From Octopus vulgaris (lineage: Eukaryota): a stretch of DNA of 64,000 nucleotides. Of the stretch, positions 27,805-39,834 are shown piece after piece; within the stretch, counting starts at the first letter, position 1, and every line of letters begins with the position of its first letter. Made by a program: the position numbers and the translations under genes. Below the pieces are notes generated by a model. That model did no database searches. It was not told the DNA's origin and saw only the letters and a program-made list of their open reading frames with translations. The stretch spans positions 62,248,001 through 62,312,000 of the forward strand of contig OX597822.1 of NCBI GenBank assembly GCA_951406725.2, read 5' to 3'.

Positions 27805-29510
27805 TATGTTTTAAATTATTTAAATTTTCCTTCTAATGAAGGAGCTGGTTTCTAACCAAGATGCAAAATTTTATCGTCGGAATGTAGATAAAAAACAATG
27901 TCGTATTTCAAACTTGAGAAAAGTCTTGCATATTTTTTCTGTTCCATTTACTGATGGTATTTGTAATATACGATTATTTGGTTGATTTCTTTTTCTCAAA
28001 ACACTAGCTTATCCAGATTGTATGTATGTATGTCTCTCTATTTTTTAATTAAGTAAATCTTCCACTGAGGAGGGAGCCGACTTCTAACAAAGATACAAAG
28101 CTCCATCTTTGGGATATAGTTAACACAGATAAATTCACATTTGGAACTTGAGAAAAGTCTTGCAGATTTTTACTATTCCACTCACAGACTGCATTTACAA
28201 TGCCCGAATTAGTCGGTCGATTTCTCTTTCTGAAAATCCTAGATTCTCCTTTAAGTATTTACTAACAAAGCCTAGTGCTCCAATTATTATTGGTATGAAT
28301 ATGAATTCATAGTCTGGATATAGAAGCTGGAGGTTTCGAAGCAGTTGTCCATAGATATCCTCTTTTTCTTTGATTTTCAAAAACATATTTATATCTGTAG
28401 GGTAGCTGATTTCTGCGATGGTACATACCTTTGCCCTGTGTCCCAGACAACAATATCCGGCCTGTTATGTTTACATTTGACAGAAGTTTTGATGGGAATA
28501 TTCCACCAGTATTCCTTGAGTTGGTGTTTATGAATGTATTCCATAACAGAGGGATTATCTAAGTTTATTTCAGGACAGTCTTTTTTGCGGATGGCATTGT
28601 AAATTGTTTTAGCAATAACATCGTGCCGCATAGGGAGGTAGTTGTATGTATGTATGTATGTATGTATGTATGTATGTATGTATGTATGTATGTATGTATG
28701 TATGCATGTATGTATGTATGTATGTATGTATGTATGTATGTATGTCATTGTTCAGTTTTATTTCAAGATTTCCTGCCAATAGAGAAAGAGCCCGTTTCTA
28801 ACCTAGATCCAAGCCTCCTTCATTGGAATTTCAACATCAACAACAGGGTATTTTTGTATTTTTGTATTTATGTATGTATGTATGTATGTATGTATGTATG
28901 TATGTATGCATGTGTGTATGTATTTGTGTATGCATGTATGTATGTATGTATGTGCAGAGTTGTATGTTTTATGTATGTATTCTCATGCATATAGTTGCAT
29001 GTCTAAACAGATTGGATCTGCAGTTTTCGAATTAGCTTTCTCCTTTCTGGTTTTGAGAAGCCCAATTTCTCAAGATTGGTATTTAGGCAGTGTATTACAT
29101 ATCCGAGAGCCCCAATAATTACAGGTATAAATATGAACTTGTAATCTGGATGAAGTAACTGCAGATTTCTCAATAGTTCAGCATAGGTGTTTTCTTTTTC
29201 ACTTATCTTCAGCTTTATGTTAACATCCGCTGGGCAGCTAATTTCCACAACTGTGCACAGTTTCTCTTCTCAATCCCAAATCATTATATCAGGTCTGTTG
29301 TGCTTACATTTTACTGAGGTCTTCACTGGTACATTCCACCAGTATTCCTTTTTATTATGAGTGACTATGGCCTCTACCACATTGTGGTTTTTTTTTCTTT
29401 GTCGTCGGGATTATCCTTCCGACGGATTTCATTAAAGAGTGTCCTTGCTACAATGTCATGTCTGATCGGTAGATAATACCGTGATGGCATTTTCAGACAA
29501 CTGCTTGTGA
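27805..29510 (-). mobile_element. Tandem array of three 3' fragments of an R4-clade (RLE endonuclease) non-LTR element separated by (CATA)n
   Basis: RHD, WWNIPIKT..KCKHNRPDI..WD, EISCPADVN, EKE..Y..L, IPVIIGALG motifs; shared 3' UTR (ttctaac..agat.caa) at ~27850, ~28082, ~28797. Confidence 0.88.
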
Positions 29511-30376
29511 TGTATGTATGTATGTATGTATGTACGTATGTATGTATGTATGTATGTATGTATGTATGTATGTATGTATGTATGTATGTATGTATGCTTA
29601 GAGTTAAAGTTAAAATGCAATAAATTGTTGATTAGTCTAAGGAGACGTTAGAACCTTGGATGTTATCCGTTGCGGCTACGTATGTCCTAATTTCAAATTT
29701 CACAAAATTTAGTTATGTGTGTCATCCCTTTTGGGGTCGGTAAATAAGGTTCTATTCCAGGAAAATAAATAGGTAGAATTGTTAGAATCTTAGATGAGAT
29801 GCAGTGCGTTGTCTATTCCAATTCTTTGCATTCTGGGCTCAGATAAAGCCAAGAGCCAATGGTCTTTGATCGTTCAAAGACTAAAGCACCTCGTCCAACC
29901 CATCAGCTGGCAACTAAATGTTTAGGTTCTGTTCAGCAGTAGACTGAAAATAACCGAATGGAATCTATGTTCTTAGAAACGTTTGGGTATTAACATTATC
30001 TTAGCAGTTGTTGGAGTTGAAATGGTGTCAGGTTACTGCTGAAGATTCGGTGATTCGTATCCCGTGTCAAAATTTTGTGCTGCGTTTATAATCAAGGCAA
30101 ATTATCAGTAAACACAATTGCAGAATAGGTTCCGCTTGTATGCGCAATTTACTGCTGGAAGAAGCAAGAACCTTGTATAATGAACAAGTTACTGTCACTG
30201 TTATTGTTTAGCACTGAGTCAATCCTGGTCGTAGAGGCCTTTCAGCAAAGGTATTCCAGTAATGACCATTCCGTATTTTCAAACATAGTTTATCACGGAC
30301 AAAAACTATCTAAGATGTCTTTCCTTTTTTAAAAAGTAGTGTCTTGTGATCCGAGAGAGATTTAGCTGATATTTCT

Positions 30377-30760
30377 TATTTCTTTATTGCCCACAAGGGG
30401 CTAAACATAGAGGGGACAAACGGATTTAGTCGATTATATCAACCCCAGTGCGTAATTGGTACATATTTAATGAAAGGCAAAGTCGACCTCGGCGGGATTT
30501 GAACTCAGAACGTAACGGCAGACGAAATACCTATTTCTTTACTACCCACAAGGGATTAAACACAGAGAGGACAAACAAGGACAGACAAACGGATTAAGTC
30601 GATTATATCGACACCAGTGCTTAACTGGTATTTATTTAATCGACCGCGAAAGGATGAAAGGCAAAGTCGACCTCGGCGGAATTTAAACTCAGAACGTAAC
30701 GGCAGACGAAATACGGCTATGCATTTCGCCCGGCGTGCTAACGTTTCTGCCAGCACGCCA
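30377..30760 (-). mobile_element. SINE family B, dimeric, TSD ctg(a/t)tatttct
   Basis: Same two-unit structure as the 11312 copy. Confidence 0.88.
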
Positions 30761-31326
30761 CTGTTATTTCTAAAACATTCAGCAACTCGATCATAGTTCT
30801 TTCATTGGATTGCGTGTAGTATAAATTTGTATGTTTCGTTATGTGTCAATGGAAAGCAGTAAAAAACGTTCACGTGATTTATAACACATTTCAGCACCTC
30901 TAGGTTCATAGAATCTTATCGTGCAGTATCATACATTTATCGGTCAACGCTGGTGATACTTATCTCTGGGCTGCAAAAATGATCTTTGGACGATTTCTGT
31001 AACAAGCTAGCTTTCATGAGAAGAGTTTGCTAACTCCTAGCTCAACTCCGTCATCTCCCTTATTTGAGACTTGCTGGTATCTACACTTGAGTGACAACTA
31101 AGCGATCAATAATCAGACGAATGAGACGAGTCTAAAAGTGAGAAAGAGAGAAATTGATTCCAGTATTTGACTGATAATTTATTTAATCGACCGAAGAGAG
31201 ATAGAAATCACATTTGAAATTGGTAGGATTTGAACTCAGAAAGTAGAAAGTTATTTTGTCACACACTCTAACAACTCCATTCAATTTGCATTGCGGATTA
31301 AGGAATATATTAACCTAATACCCTAT

Positions 31327-31555
31327 TACTCTTTTACTTGTTTACTCTTTTACTTGTTTCAGGAATTTGACTGTGGCCAAGCTGGAGCACCGCCTTTAAT
31401 CGAGCAAATCGACCCCAGGACTTATTCTTTGTAAGCCCAGTACTTATTCTATCGGTGTCTTTTGCCGAACCGCTAAGTTACGGGGACGTAAACACACCAG
31501 CATCAGTTGTCAAGCGATGTTGGAGGGGGGGAACAAACACTGACACATAAACACA

Positions 31556-31589
<34 letters not shown>

Positions 31590-31763
31590 TAAATATATAT
31601 GACTGGCTTCTATCAGTTTCCGTCTACCAAATCCACTCACAAGGCTTTGGTCGGCCCGAGGCTACAGTAGAAGACACTTGCCCACGGTACCACGCAGTGG
31701 GACTGAACCCGGAACCATGTGGTTCTTAAGCAAGCTACTTACCACACAGCCACTCCTATGCCT
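31327..31763 (-). mobile_element. SINE family A, full length
   Basis: Reverse complement of the 25121 copy. Confidence 0.9.
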
Positions 31764-32441
31764 ATTGCAGATTTTATTAAGATACAGTTTGAGAGAAATT
31801 TAGCTGTTATTTCCAGGCTGTCGAGCAGCCACGTGGAGGTGTCCTTTTTGTCTGTTTACTGTCATTGCTGCTGCTGCTGCTGTCGATAAATATGTTGATT
31901 GTAGAAAGAAAATGCATAGTATTTGCACTCCCACCATTCTACCAATCGATCACCTGAGATAAAACACTTTATTCTGCAGGAACTTAATTTACCTAGCTCT
32001 CAAGGATAAGAACCACCAAATCATCTGAGAATGTCTGGTACAGTAAACTTGTTCCTATATCTTGAAGAAGTCTCATCAATCATTCGCCGAACGCAATAAT
32101 AGAGGATATAAGCTCTCATACTAAGAATTCATCTTCCTGCGGGAATTTAGATGCAATTTTCGCATTATACGAAATTCAGTTCGTTATCATAACAGGACTG
32201 TAGATCCAGTCTATATAATTAACATTCATTATTACATATAATTATAGTAATTATGCCCCACATACACAATTTGCATTTGAAATTATGTCCTATATCCAGC
32301 ATACATAATTAACGAGTGTTAATGTATTGCAACTCAAATATTTGTGTTTTAGATGTACATGCGCTAACAGAAAGCAGGCAACATGGAACCATTCAACTGA
32401 TGCTACTATTGCTGCTGCTGCTGCTGCTGCTGCTACTACAG

Positions 32442-32499
<58 letters not shown>

Positions 32500-32900
32500 A
32501 CAGTCTCATATCAGAGCCTCCTTCCCATGTAACAACTTCTTCAGACTAGAAATAGCATATGAACAGACACACGAGATGTTAAAAATAGCAAATAAGTCAT
32601 CTCCTCTTCGAAACAGCGTTCCATAACGGTTTGGGTGTGTTGTTGTTTTTGTTGCTGTTGATACTTAAGTCTGGGTCAACTCTGACTGAACAGTTATATG
32701 ACTGATCCATTTATGACCATGTCCTTTTTCTAGGGCTCTGTAAGGCTACATTATTTAATACGGTCACTTATTTAAGCAACATAGATTTTATGGAAATTTA
32801 ACGACCTGGACTTATTCCTGGAGTTTCTAGCAACCACGCTGAATCTCGCCCGTGTGTATAGTGTGTGTTTTTTTTCTCAATATTGTTATATACCATATAT

Positions 32901-33063
32901 AGGCACAGGAGTGGCTGTGTGGTAAGTAGCTAGCTTTCCAACCACATGGTTCTGGGTTCAGTCTCACTGCTTGGCACTTTGGGCAATTGTCTTCTACTAT
33001 ACCCTCGGGCCAATCAAAGCCTTATGAGTGGATTTGATAGACGGAAACTGAAAGAAGCCCGTC

Positions 33064-33117
<54 letters not shown>

Positions 33118-33339
33118 ATGTTTGTGTATATATGTTTGTCCCCGCCCATCCTCACCATCGCTTGACAACCGATGTTGGTGTGTTTATGTCCCCGTAACAT
33201 TAGCGGTTCGGAAAAAGATACCGATAGAGTAAGTACTAGGCTTACAAAGAATAAGTCCTGGGGTCGATTTGCTCGACTAAAGGCGGTACTCCAGCTTGGC
33301 CACAGTCAAATTACTGAAACAAATAAAAAAATAAAAGAA
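32901..33339 (+). mobile_element. SINE family A, full length
   Basis: Same head, internal microsatellite and tail as the other copies. Confidence 0.9.
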
Positions 33340-33680
33340 TGCCATGTCTGTTTTGATCGATCAATCAAACGCAATCAACCAATCATCATCAGTTTATGAA
33401 TAGTGTATCTACAACTAAAGTATTTGATTGTTATGTGTGACGCGTAAATTAGTCTGCAACTATATAGAATTCTTTATTAAATTGTATTAGTGTCATCTCG
33501 TATTTTCCAATATAATTCTACTTCTCGTATTGTGTTATGTGTTATAAGGGTTCTTTCTTGTAAATTCATGTCAAATGATGTTGATTAAATAGCCAGCATA
33601 ATCTGAAATTAATATTAAAAAATGATTTCAAAAATACAGCTTTTGTCAAAAGCTGCCAAATTCGATTTCAGCATTGTTTT

Positions 33681-34120
33681 CTCTTTTACTATTTATTTGT
33701 TTCAGTGACTGGGCTGCAGTCATACTGGGGCATCACCTTGAAGGGATGTTTGGTTGAACAACTGGATCCGAGTTCTTATTTTTAAGTTATTCTACTGGAC
33801 CATTTTGCCGAAAGCTAAGTAATAAGAACTTAAACAAACTAACACCGATTGTCAAGCAGTTGCCAGGAAGAAGCACAACACAATCACAAAGACTCACACG
33901 CACATACATACACACACATCTGTTGTATAAATATACAACAGGTTTCCTTACAGTTTCCGTCTACCAAATCCATTCACAAAGCATTAGTCAGTCTGGGGCT
34001 ATAGTAGACGACACTCTCCCTAGGTGCCGCGCAGTGAGACTGAACATGAAACTACCTAAGTTAACAGTGAACGTCTTAACCCCAAAGACTTTCCAGCATC
34101 TGTCTTAACCACACAGCCAT
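33681..34120 (-). mobile_element. SINE family A, old diverged copy
   Basis: cagtttccgtctaccaaatcca and accacacagcca conserved. Confidence 0.75.
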
Positions 34121-34599
34121 TGTTTGTGGTAGTATTCAATAGATGTTTCTAGGGACGTGACACAACTGAACCCAGAAACGGTGTCTAGTGCTGTTCCAGT
34201 TCAAATGATAGTAATAAAAAGCAGCAGGATCAGCGAAATTCCACGCTTTATTTTGATGTACTCCACGCTTTATTTTGATGTTCTTATTTTGATGTATAAA
34301 CTTACGATTATTTTTTTTGTATCTTGGGAGGATCATTATGCCAATAATAAACACCCACACTAGTTTCATTTCACTTCATCATTAATCGTTAATTGGTTAA
34401 GTATTAAACCAACCAATTCATTGTTTGGTTAATCATTCAGTCATGCTTGTCACTTCTTTCGTCGACATTCGCGACCTCTTAATGTGATTAACCAAATCAT
34501 TAATAAGACAATCGGTTAGTTAATGGGCTAAATAGCAAACCAATTAAAAAATAATTTAGAAGTGAAATAGAACCACTTTGTGTGTTTATTACTGGTATA

Positions 34600-34822
34600 A
34601 TGACGGCAGCGAGCTGACAGAATCGTTAGCACGCCGGACAAAATGTTTAGTAGTATTTCGTCTGTCTTCACGTTTTGGGTTCAAATTCCGCCGAGACCGA
34701 CTTTGCCTTTCATCCTTTCGGGGTCGATAAATTAAGTACCAGTTGCGTACTGGTGTCGATGTAATCGACTACTCCCCTCCCCCCCAAACTTTCAGGTCTT
34801 GTGCTTATAACAGAAAGGATTA
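34600..34822 (+). mobile_element. SINE family B monomer with alternative 3' tail
   Basis: Family B head and core, then ctcccc..aaactttcaggtcttgtgc tail; similar copy at 48628-48831 (-). Confidence 0.85.
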
Positions 34823-34889
34823 TTGGTATAAGGAACCTTCCACATGCAAAAAAAGGAAAAAACCTGTTTCACGTGAGTTCATATCAAGA

Positions 34890-35131
34890 ATATTAATAAT
34901 TACTGCCAAGCTAACATGGCAGTTCAGAAAAATAGGACGAATACTGCTATTGATTAGCTCCAATAGGCCATCGCCTCTAGCTAGCTATGTGACACACGAA
35001 CCTGTGTCCATTATAACAGGTTTGTGTGTCACATAGCTAGCTAGAAGCGATGGCCTCTTGGAGCTAATGAACGGCAGCATTCGCCCTATTTTTCTGAACT
35101 GCCATATTAGCTTGGTGATAACTATTAATAT
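34890..35131. repeat. 242-bp fold-back palindrome (MITE-like)
   Basis: ~116-bp arms, 10-nt loop gtccattata, roughly 85-90% paired. Confidence 0.9.
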
Positions 35132-35355
35132 CCAGTACCACTACCGTAGTCTCCTTTAGAGAGAATTTGAAATAATGATATTTCTATCATATCAAGAATC
35201 TTGTAAACTAAAAGCACAACGGATAAAATTTTACAAATTTTCATAATTTTGTTTCAGACGGTTATAGTTCCGATTTTGTTTCATAATTAAGGTTGTTTAA
35301 TGAGTAACACTCGAAATCGTTCTATTATGCTAAAGATCTCGTTCCATAGTTAACC

Positions 35356-35513
35356 AGGAGTGGCTATGTGGTAAGTAGCTTGCTTACCAACTACATGGTT
35401 CCGGGTTCAGTCCCACTGCGTGACATCTTGGGCAAATGTCTTCTACTATAGCCTCGGGCCGACCAAAGCGTTGTGAGTGGAGTTGGCAGACGGAAACTGA
35501 AAGAAGCCTGTCG

Positions 35514-35556
<43 letters not shown>

Positions 35557-35700
35557 CTGTGTGTCTGTGCTGGTCCCCCTAGCATTGCTTGACAACCGAT
35601 GCTAGTGTGTTTATGTCCCCGTCACTTAGCGGTTCGGCAAAAGAGACCGATAGAATAAGTACTAGGCTTAGAAAGAATAAATCCCGGGGTCGATTTGCTC
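35356..35700 (+). mobile_element. SINE family A, 3'-truncated
   Basis: Matches family A up to ggggtcgatttgctc. Confidence 0.88.
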
Positions 35701-37774
35701 CTTATGTTTTTTATATTGTTCAAAAATTAAGCTCGTTTAAAAGTTAATACGCGGTGCACATACACACGCACACACACACATACACACGCACACACACGCA
35801 TACACATACATACACACACGCGCGCGCACACATACATACACACTCAAATATGCACACACACATGCACATGCGCACACAATACACACACTTACATGCACAC
35901 ACCACACGCAAAATCAGACATAGTTTGTTCTGTCAACGAAAAACGATAGACGTGCGAAACGTTAGATCTGTTTTCTTCTTCACGGCAGTAAACATATTCC
36001 AATGTTTTGCTAAACATTAAACAGTTACCAAAATTAAGCTCTCCAAAATTCAGCATTTCAGATTAAAAGATTACAATTTCAAACCATTAAGTAATTTATT
36101 GATCAAACAGCTCGGAGCTTTAGGGTTTAACCCTCACAAGCAGTGTGCAATATATTTAATGAACTTGTGGACTCACAAGAGGAAGAAATGGATGCTGTGA
36201 AATGCGTGTTTTGAAATATTTCGAAAGACAATTTGGCATTGTCGTTGAAGCCAGTCATTAGATATGAACAGTGGATGGATATAAAGAATGGATGAAAACA
36301 AAATGCCTTTTTTGTAGATGTAGGCGTTAGTGTTGTTGGAACTAAGATTAACTCGAGGCGCAGGTGTTTTGTACTAGTTGCTAAGGAGAGAAAAGATGTT
36401 GCCTGAAAATTATAAGAAAACAAGCCATTATATCTGGTTGAAGAAAGTGGGTGAGTGGTCCTGCAAGAACGAGCATTGGGGATGGTAAAAACATCTGACC
36501 CAGAGCCGCAACATCTGAGTCAACAGGGCTCACGATGTTGGGCGGGCGTTTTGTCACCTATATTAGCGGATGAACCCAGGTAGTTTTGGTGTCGAAGGGG
36601 GCCGAAACACCAACAGAGCTGCTTCATTGCCTGATAAGACAATGACTCCTACATTCAGAAACAGAGTTCAGCAACACCCTTAGTACTCAAGGTTTGCAGT
36701 CGAATTGAATCCGATCTAACCCGAACAACCAATTTTCTGGAGAGACAGCACTAAGCTTTTGATAGAAAAATATCCATAATCTGCTCATTATTGCTTAGAG
36801 TCATCAAGGGAATCTAGCGAGAGAAAACTGAATCTGGATTAATACACGAATAAGAATATATGAAAGCTTATGATCGTATTAGCAAGGCGTTCGCAACATA
36901 TAATTCTACCAGCTTCGTGTCTTCTTAAGTTCAGTAACATACGGTTTATAATTTCGTTTTGCTGAACTGCAGTAATGTTAAAAGGAATTATTTTTCGGAA
37001 CGTTTTTCTCATTATAACTTTAGTTTTTGTAAATTCTATTTCACTTTTGTTATTTATTTCACTAAAGAGAAACGTTTGGCAAAATTGCTTCAGCTTTTAA
37101 ACGAATTATTTGCTCCTTTTTTATATCATTTATACTAAATATAAAATATCGGCTATTTAAGTGTTGACATTTTGTTTTGTCAGCATTTTGACTTTCGGCA
37201 TTTCTGTTTGCACACGAGAAATGTAAACGTCTGACGAAAGCGTTAAATCCATTTCGTCACTCTAGTGAATTCGTTTAAAGGAAAATATATAAATAGACAA
37301 GCTAAGAGTTTATAGAAAAAGAAGCTGAAAAGCAAAACGTCGAAAGGTTGACGTTACCAAAATAAAAGCTAACATTGGAAGACTTTCAAATATCCATAAA
37401 AGAATTTTGCGCTGCTTACAACGAAAGGGTGAATAACGACAGAATCATTACAAATATGGAAGTTTCTCCGGATTTGGCAAATCAGTTAGTTGTCAATTTG
37501 TCAGATACAACTGTAAGGTTTACGATTGAAAACGGTTGCAAAATGTTGTACATTTGTAAACAGAACAAATGTAACGAAAGAAGATTACAGCAAAATCATG
37601 TTCTTGGGAAAAAGCCCGATTTACAGATGAATCTAAAACAGAATATGTCTGGAAGAATCGATAAAATTAAAATCATGCAAGAGTCTGAACACGCCACTGT
37701 CTGAAAATGTTTTCAAGATAAAACGAGAAGATTCTTGTTATTGTTCTTTTATATATCATTCTTTTCCTCCTCCT

Positions 37775-37903
37775 CCTTCTTCTTCTTCTTCTTCTTCTTC
37801 TTCTTCTTCTTCTTCTTCTTCTTCTTCTTCTTCTTCTTCTTCTTCTTCTTCTTCTTCTTCTTCTTCTTCTTCTTCTTCTTCTTCTTCTTCTACTACTACT
37901 ACA

Positions 37904-37973
<70 letters not shown>
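37775..37973. repeat. Compound microsatellite (TTC)n(TAC)n
   Basis: Direct; representative of dozens of (TA)n, (CA)n, (CATA)n, (CTAT)n, (CTAC)n, (AAT)n, (ACT)n and (CAT)n tracts in the window. Confidence 0.97.
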
Positions 37974-38299
37974 TTTCTTTTTCTCATACTTTTTCATACT
38001 TTTCTTTTTCTTCTTCCTTTTCTTTTCCTCTACTTTATTTCTCCTCATACCCTTTTTATCATTCTCTTCTTCTTCGCCCTCTTTCGACAGCATTGTGTAC
38101 CTGTTGGTATTCAAAACCAAACTCAGTATGGAAGAAAGTGGTATCCTTGATAATGTTGTTGATTTTAGGGATTAACACATCACTCCTTATTATCTTCCGC
38201 AGATCTGTCTTCGTATATATTTTATACGTGCATACGTACTTGCCTACATATTATATATATATATATATATATATATAAGATCTCTTTTAGATCTCTTTT

Positions 38300-38569
38300 T
38301 TCTTTTACTTGTTTCGGGCATTTGACTGCGGCCATGCTGGAGCATCGCCTCTTTTGCCGAACCGCTAAGTGACGGGGACATAAACACACCAGCATCGGTT
38401 GTCAAGCAATGCTAGGGGGACAAACACAGATACATATATACATATATACGACGGGCTTCTTTGATTTTCCGTCTACCAAATCCACTCACAAGGCTTTGGT
38501 CGGGCCACGCAGTGGGACTGAACCCGGAACCATGTGGTTGGTAAGCAAGCTACTTACCACACAGCCACT

Positions 38570-38571
<2 letters not shown>
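38300..38571 (-). mobile_element. SINE family A with two internal deletions
   Basis: Head and tail intact, internal blocks missing. Confidence 0.85.
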
Positions 38572-38628
<57 letters not shown>

Positions 38629-38663
38629 GTATGCATACTTGCCTACATATTATATATATGCAC

Positions 38664-38698
<35 letters not shown>

Positions 38699-38970
38699 AG
38701 TGCGTGTTTCTGTGTGTAGGTATGCTTGTATGTTTATGTTTCACCGTATTATATGTTATGTGTAAGACTTAGATGTAAGGGGGGAGGAATCTTGATAAGT
38801 ATGTGCACATATGTATGACAGGAATATATGTATGACGAACGGCAAGTGAAATTCTTAGTAACAGTTTCGTAATAATTTTGCAGTTATAATAAAAACATAT
38901 TACTCTATTCGAGTACGATTTTTTATATATATATGTATGTGTGTGTGTATGTATGTATTTTGTATGTATG

Positions 38971-39020
<50 letters not shown>

Positions 39021-39144
39021 CGTTGCTGGGTGGTACGAAGCTTGCTTCTCAACCACATGGTTCTGAGTTCAGTCCTGGTACCTTGGGTAAGTGTCATCTA
39101 CTATGGCATCAGCCCGACAAGTAAAAGAATAAAAGAATAGATAT

Positions 39145-39805
39145 ATAAGTATATTATACACATACACACTCGCACGCACATACATACATACATACATACA
39201 TATATACATACAGACATACACACACGAAGAGATAGGTTGTGAGCAAATAATAAGAACGATAATAATAGTAATAACGAGAACAACAATGAGACATACATTC
39301 ATATATTCATACATTCACACGAATATCCATTTTCTATAAATTCATTTTTTATCAGTAAATTTTCTGTTATTAGCCTTAGACAACCTAAAAATTAACGCGC
39401 AATCGCATACAAAAATGCGTATATATATATATATATATATACATATATATTTATATATATATAAATACATGCAAATGATCCTTATAAGAATTAATTCATC
39501 AAACGGAGTTCAATAAATGTAATCAAGTAAAATGAAACGAAGCAGATTTTTTTCTTTTTTTCTGATAAAAAATAGATTTATAGAAAATGTATATTCGAGT
39601 GGATGTATGAATATTTGCATGTATGCATCATTGTTGTTGTTACAATTATTATCGTTCTTATTATTTGTTCACAGCCTGTATCTTTGTATATGTATGTATG
39701 TATGCATGCATGCATGTATGTATGTATGTATGTATGTATGTATTATGTATGTATGTATGTATGTGTGTATGTACGTGCGAGTATGTGTGTACAATATACG
39801 TATAT
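39145..39805. repeat. Inverted repeat, arms ~39145-39360 and ~39555-39805
   Basis: e.g. ggttgtgagcaaataataagaacgataataat versus attattatcgttcttattatttgttcacagcc. Confidence 0.85.
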
Positions 39806-39834
39806 TCAAACTGTAAATAACACCCAAAAGTGTG

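Noticed and set aside
36020-36430. Possible second MULE relic (NIFNELVDS..LKYFERQ)
   Set aside because: Too little motif support to call
36560-36675. Two hammerhead-like strings (cggatga..gaaacacc; ctgataa..gaaacagagtt)
   Set aside because: Core substitutions and no convincing stem I
37231-37260. ctgacga motif
   Set aside because: Simple tgacgaaa/tttcgtca hairpin with no properly placed GAAA-UH half
37375-37704. 109-aa non-repetitive ORF
   Set aside because: Non-ATG start, no recognisable domain or splice support; possibly a transposon relic
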